This document shows positions 16,701 to 23,612 of a stretch of DNA of 32,456 bases, in pieces. Both the position numbers and the translations under genes were made by a program. The stretch is from the IMG/VR virus record IMGVR_UViG_3300047546_000217, positions 1 through 32,456 of that record; one strand, 5' to 3'. The notes under the pieces are model-generated. The model was not told the origin of the DNA, ran no database searches, and worked only from the letters and a program-made list of their open reading frames with translations. The DNA comes from a virus (taxonomy: Duplodnaviria; Caudoviricetes). Each line of letters opens with the position of its first letter. Within the stretch, counting starts at the first letter, position 1.

Positions 16701-19700
16701 GGTCGTACTCAGAACCCAAGAAGAACTTCTTGAGCACCTCGGTGACCTTCTTGGAGACACGCGCCCAAAGAGCGGCAAGACCTTCCTTCTCACCAGCGCG
16801 ACCACTTGAGATGACCCACTGAGCAAACTGATTTGCAAAAAACTCAGCAGCAGACTCAAGCTCATTGGTGGCGGAGCCGGGGAGACGGCGACGCAGAGAT
16901 GCGATGTCCACTCCGTCTTGCTTGACGTACTTGCCCATCGCCTGCCAGAACTGCATGCGCTCTTCTGGAGACAAAATGTTGAAGTAGGCCCAGTGCCCGA
17001 TCTCGTGAGTGGCCTTTGCAAAAGACGGTTGCAGTCTATTGCTGTTGCCATCCATGGTGATGACGTTTCGATCCTTGGTGTCGAGCGACGTGTGCCAAGG
17101 AGCAAACGTAGGTTCGCCATTGTTTCCGCCGTTGGCGAAGCGAGGCATAGAGCCACTGTCGCCAGACAGGCCGCGCAACACGTTGAATATGGCGGTGGCG
17201 TTCTCTCTGTTCTCGCTGCCAAGGATGGCGGAGATTTGATTCATGGCGGAACGGCGAGTGCCGTTCGGATACTTGATTCCGTGAGGAGCGTACTTAGCCA
17301 AGGTGGCGTAGTAGCCAGACAGAATCTCCATGAACTTGCCATAGCTGGCAGTGTCTTTGAATGCTGGGTTCTTCCAGTTTGCAATTTCAAGCTGGACGAT
17401 CAGGTTGTGCAGGTCAGCAACCGTCTTGATTCCGCTCTTGCGTGCGTATTCAGGCAGGTCATTTTCATCAATCGCACGCTCGGCGATCTCGCCGATAGGG
17501 ATTGGCTGCTTGCTTCCGTCGGTGACGTCTGCGTCTTTTGCGTAAGCATGAGAAGACTTGTCGACAACGACTGCGTCTGCCTTGATGAAGGATGCGTCTG
17601 GGTCAATGGGTTGGAAGGTGCGTGCGGCAGACAGCTTCGACGTACCCGGAACAACATGACCAATGACGTAGGTCTGCTCTGCTTGGCGACCAAGGACTGA
17701 GCGCAGGCTGACGTCTTTGGCACGCTCCGCAGGCACGACGCGCACTGTTCCAGCCAACGGGCCAGAGGTGATCTGCACTGCAAACGAGCGGCCTTCGGGG
17801 ATGTCGTGAGACGAAACTCGCGCATCCAAAATGGCATCTGCTTTGCCAGCAGCAATGTCGTCTGCGGTTGGTGCGTCGAGACCTTCTTCCTTTGCGCCCT
17901 TGTATGTCTCAGTGTTCTTCCAGTTCTTCTGAACATGCGGCACGCCAGTCGGCGCAGTGGTTGTGACCAGTTTGCCTTGGCGCGAAGCCAGCTTCACCTG
18001 CTCCTCGAACAAGTCGGGGAGGCCACGCAAAGCATGCTCCAGCGAGCCGTATGAAACCTGAACTTCTGCGTAGTCGCCAGTCATTGGCTCGATCACAAAC
18101 TCGCCAGACTTTGCGCCCTTGCGAAGACGAGCTACCGGGTCTCCCAAGAAGTTGACTTGGAACGAGCCGTCTTGGTTGGCTGACATGCGGAAGTTGTTTT
18201 TGACGTCAACCTCAATACCGTCACGGGTGACGACAACCATTGGCTCATTCTTGCCAACAGGTTTGGTGTCTGGGGCAACCTCGGAAAGAGAGTGCTTCTT
18301 GCGAATGTCAGTGATCTCATTTGCAAGACGAGCCTTGTCTCCATGGCTCATGAAGCGGGCCATGGCGTCAGCAATCTCGTTTTGCATGGATGCTGCATTA
18401 GCGATCTTGCGACCGGCAGTGTCAGCGATGACCGTTGCTACCTCGATGTCTTTGGGTTCAATGACAACGCCGGTTGCATTGGAAACCTCGTGAGCAAGCT
18501 GGGCGTCGGTCTTCGGATTCTCGGAGCGAGCGTTTGCCACCTTGCTCTCAGCAAGCGCCTTGCGTGCTGCTCGCTTGGCTGCCTTGTCTTCAAAGAATGT
18601 TGGGTCTGCCTGACGAACGGCATCCTTGACCTTCTTCACCTCGGCGTTGATTTGCGCGTATGCGGGAGAGTCACGACCAGCGGACTTCTCAATCTCTGTG
18701 CGCTTGCGAACAAGCTCAGAGTAGCGTGCATACAGACGCTCTGCCTTGCGACGAGGGTCGGTGCGGTCAGCCTCAACTTCGCGACCACGAATGGCCTTGT
18801 CTGTTTCTTGCGTCATCATCTTGCGCTCTGCGTTCAGAGCCTCGATGACTTGCGCGGTGGTCTTGACCTCTGCCTTACCTGCTGAGTCGCCAGCTTCTGG
18901 GACGAAGTCTTCTGCTTTCTTCCCTGCCTTTGTCCACTCAAGCAGCTTGGCATCGTTGCGAGCCTTGCGGTCGTTGTACGCACGCAGGGTTTCGCCAGTG
19001 GGAGCTTCGCCAGTCACCGAACCAGTGATGGTCTTTTCGCCAACCATCCTCTTGTACAGAGCAACCGCTTGGTCGTCCGGCATGGTGTAGACGAGCTTGC
19101 CGTTCTGGTTGACTGAGACGTTCTGGAAGAATTCGTCGTCTGCCGCAGACGCAGCGTTCGGGTTGTTCTGCCACTCGGCGTAACGCTCCGACTCCTTTTT
19201 GGTGAGGCGGCGTGTCAGTTCCTTTTTGGCTGTGTCAATGGCATCGACTTGCTCTTGGTTCTGAGTTGTCAGAGCTTCGCTCTTGCGCATGCGCTCAGTG
19301 CCGCCAGCAATCTTGGCTTCCTCCATTGCGCGACGAGATGTTTCGTCGACGGAGAACACGAGGTTGTTGCCAGCCTCGTCTTTGCCACGGGCTGCCTTAA
19401 ACAGGCGATCCATGAACGGGCTGTCTTTCGGGCCAAAGCGGGCTGGCTTGAGAATGCTCTGGATGCCGCCTACTGCGTTGGCCTTGATGATCTCGCCGTT
19501 CTTGCTGTATGTGAGACCCGGTTGCTGGCGACCAATGTAGTCACCGGAATGCAGCGGGTTCATGTTCTGGTCATCGACCAAGCGCTTCTTGCCGTTGCCA
19601 AGATCGACGATCTTCACGTTGTCGCGCAAGCGAGCAACGTACATGTTGAGCGCCATTTGGACAAACTCGGGCGACATGCCGCGAGCCTCTGCCTCGGCGA

Positions 19701-22317
19701 TCATCTTTTTCTTGACGGCTTGGAATGCAGCCTGCGCCTCGGGGCCAAGGTCTACAACCTTTGGCAGGCGAATCTTGTCAAACTTGGTTCCAATGCGGAG
19801 ACGAACATCTGCATCACCGGAGACGCGGTTGATGATCTCAACCATCTCGGTTCCAAACTCTCGCGAGATTTGATCCATGACGGCGTCAAGCGGAGCGTTC
19901 TCGCCAAGACGAGTCATCATGGCTGCGACGATGCCGGGAGCCTGACCCTCAAGCCAAGCCGTGTAAACGGCGTTGACGGTGGCAATGCGGTCTGCCGGAA
20001 TGTCGATCAAGTCGAACAGGGCACGCATAGCCAGTGGTTGGTAGGCTGCTGGAGCGGAGTCGCCACCAACAATGTCGATGGCACGCATCAGGTCTTGCGC
20101 GGCAATCGCCTCACGCATCTTGCGTGCAAGGAAGTTGGCTCGCTCAGTCTTCAGAGCTTCGCCCTTGAGGTTGCGAGTCAGGTTGCGCAGGTCTGCGATC
20201 TCTGCATCACCGAAGCCCATCTCGCGCAGCGCAGCAATCGTGTCTGCTTGGCTCTGCGAGTTGTTGATGGCGAGCGTCTCGATGCTTTCGGTGGCTGCTG
20301 GAGTTGCGTCAACGGCATCAGGAGCGTCAGCCATGATGGCCTCGGCTTCGCTCTGAACAGTGTCCGTGCGAGCGGCAGCGGTCGCCGCGTCTTCGGCTGG
20401 TGTGGCAGTGTGAGTGACGGTTGTTGCAACCTCGCCACCATCAGTCACCGATGCTGCTGCGGAAGTCTGGGTTTGCGCCTCTGCTTCGCGAACGACCTTG
20501 CGTTGGGCCTTCTTCTGCTCGTTGATCTGGTCACGCTTTGCACGCAAGTCAGCAAGTTCGGCTGCATCAGACTCACTGATGTTGCCGGATTTCTCTTTGC
20601 GGGTCAGGTTGTCGAGACGATTTTTGAAGGAGCGGGACTCTTCGTCCAAGCGGGTAAGTTCTGCGCGTGCTGCATCCAACGTCTGAGGCGTGACCGCAGT
20701 GTTGGTGGCGGTTGGAGCGGCAGCAGGATCGACCGCTGCTGGCGCAGCGGGCGCTGTCGTCTCAGCGGAAGCTGGTGCTGGAGCGGCCCCGTCAACCGCT
20801 CCAGCCGTGCCTGCCTCTTGGCCCGGTGCGGGAGGAGCACCTTCGCCTTGAGCGGCACGTTGCATCGTGAAGTTGCCTTCCCCGCCGGGGCCACGAACAG
20901 GGGCGTTCGGGTCGAGGGGAAGCTGCGGAGCTTTCCCATCTGGGCCGGGGAGTTGGTCGACTTGTCTCAGAATGGCGTCGCCATCGTTCAGGGCTTTGGC
21001 AGCGCCGTCGTAGTCGCCAGCCAAAACGTGGTTCTTGAGTCTGCTGTATGTGGCTTCAAGGGCGGCAGCGTGCGCCCGAATCTTTCCAGCCTTGATGGGG
21101 TCTGTTGCAAGAATCGCGTCAGCCTCGGCCTTCATCGTCGAGATGCGAACCGGCATCTGACGGAATGCCTGCATGGCTCCGCGAACCTTGATGAGGTTGT
21201 CTGCCTCAACGATGCCGGTTCCCTGACCGGATGCTGACAGTGCGTTGATGCCAGCGATCTGCTCGTCTGTCGCCCCGTCTGGAAGACCACGGTCTACCGC
21301 GTCGTTGATCTCGCGCTCAAGGTTTCGGTCAAAGTCATTGAACGCCGTGTTGAGGGCGCTGTCCTCGAAGGTGGCTGGATTGGATGGGTCGGGTTTACCC
21401 TTGGGTGCGTTGATGGCAGCTTGCTCGTCGGCGATTCGCTGCGCCTCTGCTTCAGCCAGCGAGCGGTCGAATGTGGCGTTTCCGTCTGCAATACCGCGCT
21501 CAATGGCGTTTGTTGCGCCCTCTTTGAATGGGTTGCGAAGCAAAGCGCCGCCAACACCAAAACCAGCGCCCAGCGTGCCTCCAAGGACACCACCAGCACC
21601 AGCAGAAAGCGCGGTGCGACCGAGGCTAACCTCGTCTTGGATGCCGACTTGCACATTGCGGTTCTGGATGCCGAGGTCGAAGCCGCCCTCGATGACGGCA
21701 TTGGTCAAGCCTTCTGAGACAAGACCCTGCTTGGCGGCTGCCTCTACGCCTGCTCGTGTTGCAGACTTCCCAGCGTAGGCCACGCCCTGTTCGGCGGCCT
21801 CTCGGGCCGCAATCTGCACACCCTTTGCGGCAGCATGGGCGGCTGCGGAGCCGGAGCCAAAGCCAACCAAGTTGACAGGATCAAGAACGGCGGCTTTTGC
21901 GTTTTCGGCAAAGCCGGAGAAGCCGCGACCGCCTTCTTCGTAGAAGTTGGGGAGGGCATCAAAAACCGTCTGAAGGCGACCAAGGCGCTGGGCCTGCTCC
22001 GTGTTGGACGTGTAAGCGTCATACAGGTCTTTGCCCATGGAGATCGAGTTCTGATTGCTCCAGACGCGATCCTTGTAAAAGTGGTCGATTGCGTCCTCGA
22101 CGGTCGCAAAGGTCTGACCTTGAGCGCCGTAATAATCGACGACGTCTTGAATAAATCGGGGGTCTTTGAGAAGGTCTTGCGCCTTCTGTTTGTCTAGGTT
22201 GGCTGCGTAGCCAAGGGGGGTCGACTTGTTGCCACCGGCGGTGGGGCTGACAATGCCGTCAGCACTCATTTGCGACCATACGGACGCACCAATGTCGTTT
22301 ACTTTCTCATTTGCCAT
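10705..22317 (-). CDS. Giant (3870 aa) polyvalent virion/ejection protein with two zincin metallopeptidase modules and an ADP-ribosyltransferase domain
   Basis: GGAG RBS. HEIGH...EFFA (16993-17007) and HEIGH...EWFV (15025-15039). YYHGT...FGPGVYVS...LGYDS...VLFDSNQVK (about 14478-13620). Gly/Ala-rich N-terminus and a helical C-terminal region like podovirus large ejection proteins. Last structural gene before lysis. Confidence 0.85.
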   Translation of the reverse strand: MANEKVNDIGASVWSQMSADGIVSPTAGGNKSTPLGYAANLDKQKAQDLLKDPRFIQDVVDYYGAQGQTFATVEDAIDHFYKDRVWSNQNSISMGKDLYDAYTSNTEQAQRLGRLQTVFDALPNFYEEGGRGFSGFAENAKAAVLDPVNLVGFGSGSAAAHAAAKGVQIAAREAAEQGVAYAGKSATRAGVEAAAKQGLVSEGLTNAVIEGGFDLGIQNRNVQVGIQDEVSLGRTALSAGAGGVLGGTLGAGFGVGGALLRNPFKEGATNAIERGIADGNATFDRSLAEAEAQRIADEQAAINAPKGKPDPSNPATFEDSALNTAFNDFDRNLEREINDAVDRGLPDGATDEQIAGINALSASGQGTGIVEADNLIKVRGAMQAFRQMPVRISTMKAEADAILATDPIKAGKIRAHAAALEATYSRLKNHVLAGDYDGAAKALNDGDAILRQVDQLPGPDGKAPQLPLDPNAPVRGPGGEGNFTMQRAAQGEGAPPAPGQEAGTAGAVDGAAPAPASAETTAPAAPAAVDPAAAPTATNTAVTPQTLDAARAELTRLDEESRSFKNRLDNLTRKEKSGNISESDAAELADLRAKRDQINEQKKAQRKVVREAEAQTQTSAAASVTDGGEVATTVTHTATPAEDAATAAARTDTVQSEAEAIMADAPDAVDATPAATESIETLAINNSQSQADTIAALREMGFGDAEIADLRNLTRNLKGEALKTERANFLARKMREAIAAQDLMRAIDIVGGDSAPAAYQPLAMRALFDLIDIPADRIATVNAVYTAWLEGQAPGIVAAMMTRLGENAPLDAVMDQISREFGTEMVEIINRVSGDADVRLRIGTKFDKIRLPKVVDLGPEAQAAFQAVKKKMIAEAEARGMSPEFVQMALNMYVARLRDNVKIVDLGNGKKRLVDDQNMNPLHSGDYIGRQQPGLTYSKNGEIIKANAVGGIQSILKPARFGPKDSPFMDRLFKAARGKDEAGNNLVFSVDETSRRAMEEAKIAGGTERMRKSEALTTQNQEQVDAIDTAKKELTRRLTKKESERYAEWQNNPNAASAADDEFFQNVSVNQNGKLVYTMPDDQAVALYKRMVGEKTITGSVTGEAPTGETLRAYNDRKARNDAKLLEWTKAGKKAEDFVPEAGDSAGKAEVKTTAQVIEALNAERKMMTQETDKAIRGREVEADRTDPRRKAERLYARYSELVRKRTEIEKSAGRDSPAYAQINAEVKKVKDAVRQADPTFFEDKAAKRAARKALAESKVANARSENPKTDAQLAHEVSNATGVVIEPKDIEVATVIADTAGRKIANAASMQNEIADAMARFMSHGDKARLANEITDIRKKHSLSEVAPDTKPVGKNEPMVVVTRDGIEVDVKNNFRMSANQDGSFQVNFLGDPVARLRKGAKSGEFVIEPMTGDYAEVQVSYGSLEHALRGLPDLFEEQVKLASRQGKLVTTTAPTGVPHVQKNWKNTETYKGAKEEGLDAPTADDIAAGKADAILDARVSSHDIPEGRSFAVQITSGPLAGTVRVVPAERAKDVSLRSVLGRQAEQTYVIGHVVPGTSKLSAARTFQPIDPDASFIKADAVVVDKSSHAYAKDADVTDGSKQPIPIGEIAERAIDENDLPEYARKSGIKTVADLHNLIVQLEIANWKNPAFKDTASYGKFMEILSGYYATLAKYAPHGIKYPNGTRRSAMNQISAILGSENRENATAIFNVLRGLSGDSGSMPRFANGGNNGEPTFAPWHTSLDTKDRNVITMDGNSNRLQPSFAKATHEIGHWAYFNILSPEERMQFWQAMGKYVKQDGVDIASLRRRLPGSATNELESAAEFFANQFAQWVISSGRAGEKEGLAALWARVSKKVTEVLKKFFLGSEYDLIDRDLIPLFERIMPDEETSGLKYQKVAKKFAPLGGRPGFIAKKLDDYELLKAKIENAIRSGTPEELLAVLAGDGSGSANFVSEVFAVSGKRGSMRLPKKADGTGGGGRVRLFDGGETIGQKALANGDMVDVAADPNGYFVRGKMLRLMYDIQRATADMRKRQLSLDDDAAKAELDRLIASQEADDTFGPEVFGQNRSMEEMALSNFTGDPVDLQLLGNAAVEVLNEAQTALRQQFRRSFPKTDVGDGLAILANGVITSTRDSAVGNIYRKRAQRRKAITSANAEANVNALINAADTIMENAAVTNNATFDSASTSSIREMSVNQLVKAMAEMGTQDSRFKGFSAELMRKINSSPEITKAAQAYDPAQFSQLADRSNKSLVNGLIAAFEKADPARVDMIAVELRARQMRLGDKSDPFLLPQDSRVGGALHTETKQHIGVYKDNGIPPAAPVAIREALMKLTHRDKAAEYTMRTMAYRMLNLMGRTEKGLVNNNATFMTVEDVYRMAGLTAPEDVRGAFKEMSQLDGEGFNLLRKDMRRYAIGLRSGTGDPFDLMHEIGHMVVRATFDQDQLETIAKQYSEALIKGNREAMQIAAKYGAGDIHRSAQEWFVEGWAKYLGERVAKGDMFAVRNGEQPLRLRGQLSALADRLIEYVAYIVNGLLKKNTVRQQFRRLTFYGDMFSMNKTKVPFKAAVDNTNNYSVMASIAPHYARDVVTSMDATKKAMAREFTMASPNEDLMDFIYYHGTPNGSAMERGSLLDPILEPSAPDALFGPGVYVSKSQALGKHYSEAGHLASIRRMIDDATPLDAKRREGYELAQMIVEKRNQIDEMSREMTLSGYSEQTKRRAQTSMDNESIADLHPDDSALGLLNKQKALQNAIAEEHALWSTLQNATGLKYNPKVMPLFVHAAESFDFRDGVFYSFNGEGNNIMWLGDYLVNHNYMTDSAFKDIVNKAPSQFSGSDLFEMLTESAMVRDGLAVNSAEAKAKLQSAMRELGYDSYHVSEPSPDGLGQHDAMVLFDSNQVKHIDADTYDYERAGIYNSTVGDELMGVTHRLADEMESFNRVITSQDYVGIGHEIQRLGIPDALQGVVKKMTRKQELDLEDVKVVHANTVGNVLRENSSVLRRLGAHWFANRIKGQTGSSIYDRHNSDLSARLQPLLSELRALPDSGNAVGRWFKKSLISMPLVGGTLSGAAAGSAILPGVGTVLGGLGGMIAGGAAGSHVKIRQPASHTRILDAMRQGRQAMARLSPQERMIAERIQTTFRSELERLRSAGIPVGDATMRGYTDTYVPQMWDAEAIRENPNSFLKELRSYIMRDHRMNGDTFDPRDADELATKIFNKILDNDGHLAADSVIHREFSNPFYQRFINLKASDMPAFTPFMVNDLEGILARYYNKTTRKLTLAKEFGAGGHAYNAYRAVAEMGVDAAVNVLRSNKNIFVNRREYFHSADVENLIVPAIKLGEEETRDLVKKVTNMLGDTNASSAQMKHRAKMELLSNYDFGNMDEAMASNLRLRIDAVVNALSDFKKPVPASDLRFMDNMVNVLNQRPIDGTDGTGLIYQASRKLRAFNSVSLLGFTTLSSIPDAVLPLVRSGNFQAWAKGMSQWYRAEPSYRNAARDIGVGIENLIHDRMVNMAGDGSQRFSNSFFNLTLLTPWTNMQREVAALVGFNALKSEIEIARKYANNGAVDSARYKTAVRFLERYGMAGRDLPDGHINFASPSAPRVDDIRTYAQNPQVRYAVMKFTNEAIFTPDPNDVPLWAQTPWGAMVYQLKSYPVMMGRLTSYVMDEAKQGNAKPLIYMLTAGSALGASALAVKDIVQSRGGQDERSPELRARSLDKTVIGKAAVGFGLVDKEDIKDKYEAVAWYVEGLMAMGGLGFVGELFFNSAAQIDNGNYGFNRMMGTILGPSYDVAYGGFKVAGGVQDMIAGADTNGQKREAARVVASRIPVLGGSRDFRESAADLMGQPSKGGKKKAYFDGMSNDPFGGGKDPFGGDPFK

Positions 22318-22348
22318 TTACGGTTCTCCAGTTTCCGTTAATGTACCC

Positions 22349-22379
22349 ATCTTATGGGCGACTGATCTAAATGTCGTCC
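22349..22379 (-). promoter_or_regulatory. Candidate late promoter GGACGAC-N18-TAAGAT
   Basis: Lies in the 65-nt gap directly upstream of the giant gene. Confidence 0.6.
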
Positions 22380-22382
22380 CAG

Positions 22383-23612
22383 CTACTTCTGCGCATACTT
22401 GGACAGTGGCGAGTTGGGGAACATTTCTCTAAATCGTTTTGCGGCTGCCGCGCTCGTGAACTCAAAGTGTAGGTGCGGGGCAGTTGCGTTGCTGCTTGGA
22501 TTGTTTGCCTCGTCTTGAACATAGTAGTCGCTGGCAGGGATTTGGAGCTTGTTCATGTATTGGATCAAGGCGACCTTCGCCGCTGCATAGTCCTTGCGTC
22601 CGCCATCTATGGCGAGGTCAAGTGCTAGTCCGTAGCGGTGCTGACTGTCCTGACCCTTTTGCTTGTAGAGATTGTGGTGGAACTTGTCGTCAAAGGACGA
22701 GTAATACTGGAATCCCGGGATAACCCGAGTCAACTGTTGAGCCAAGACGTCAACCCCCGGAGAGTGAGGGCGGTAAATCACGTCGCCACTCTGGCGGATA
22801 AACGGGTCTAGGTCAAAGCTGCCAGTAATTGGGTTGCGCTGTTGTGTTGGTTTCGCAGCCTCTTCCCTGAACACCTGATCCCACGTCTTCTTGTTCGTCT
22901 TGCTGATGGGTGCGTTGATGTCAAAGTTGAGACCCCAAGGGTTTTGCATGCCAGAGCCTGCTTGACCCACATTCTCGCGAACCACCTTCCAGTATTGATC
23001 CTGAGACAAGCCGTAGCGCTTCCATGGCTCATTGCCATTCATCGAGACAATAGAGTTGTTCTGCACCGAGACAGAGCCGGTCTGCGTGCGACGCGCCTCG
23101 CGTGCTTGCCTGTCGGCCTCATACCTTCTCCACTGTTCGGCGTACTCCGGCGTGTTCTGCGCTGGAGGCCGTTGCGATTGCAACGCTTGTTGTTGCTGAA
23201 AGTACAGAGGAGCCGTGACGTTGAACGGCACGTTGTTGTTGATTGAAGAAGGCCCAAACGCGGGTGATCGACCCACGTTCTCTCTGGCTCTTGCCTGTCT
23301 TGCTTGCTCAACGGCTGCGTTCCATCTTTCGCCCGCAGTCATTGATCCACCTTGCTGCTGATTTCTGGCATCAAAGTCACGGCGCAGTTCTGCGTATGAC
23401 GGGTAAACGATTGTCTCGTTTGGCCCGAGTGACAGACGTGGGTCGAGCGGAGCAGGCTCGATACGACCAGAAGCCTCGCGTGAGGAGGCGCGGTTTATGG
23501 TTGATGCTGCCGGAGGAGGTGGCGAGCTATTGTTTACTGCTGCTGCTGGGGGTGCGTTGTTATTTGCGCTAACCGCCCCCGGGAGGGAGACTCCCGGGGG
23601 CAACTCCTCCAC
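22383..23612 (-). CDS. Pro/Ala/Asn linker plus C-terminal M15-like peptidoglycan peptidase; probably a recoded C-terminal extension of the upstream gene
   Basis: SQHRYGLALD (22617-22646) and PHLHFEF (about 22458-22478). The GTG start has no well-spaced SD, and the frame opens only about 60 nt before the upstream stop. Confidence 0.75.
   Translation of the reverse strand: MEELPPGVSLPGAVSANNNAPPAAAVNNSSPPPPAASTINRASSREASGRIEPAPLDPRLSLGPNETIVYPSYAELRRDFDARNQQQGGSMTAGERWNAAVEQARQARARENVGRSPAFGPSSINNNVPFNVTAPLYFQQQQALQSQRPPAQNTPEYAEQWRRYEADRQAREARRTQTGSVSVQNNSIVSMNGNEPWKRYGLSQDQYWKVVRENVGQAGSGMQNPWGLNFDINAPISKTNKKTWDQVFREEAAKPTQQRNPITGSFDLDPFIRQSGDVIYRPHSPGVDVLAQQLTRVIPGFQYYSSFDDKFHHNLYKQKGQDSQHRYGLALDLAIDGGRKDYAAAKVALIQYMNKLQIPASDYYVQDEANNPSSNATAPHLHFEFTSAAAAKRFREMFPNSPLSKYAQK

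Noticed and set aside
19249-21237. 662-aa plus-strand ORF and other long antisense ORFs (11326-12174, 12361-13197, 16918-17700)
   Set aside because: Antisense shadows of the giant gene, expected from its codon bias. No RBS or recognisable motifs.
10705-22317. Giant protein as a virion RNA polymerase (N4-like or crAss-like)
   Set aside because: The size fits, but I found no DxDGD motif (only GDYDGA) and no T7/N4-type motif A/B/C set. The recognisable motifs are zincin and ART.
22346-22358. CCCAT-CTT-ATGGG mini-hairpin as an N4-type hairpin promoter
   Set aside because: Single occurrence, not shared by the other GGACGAC sites, and no N4-like RNAP is evident.
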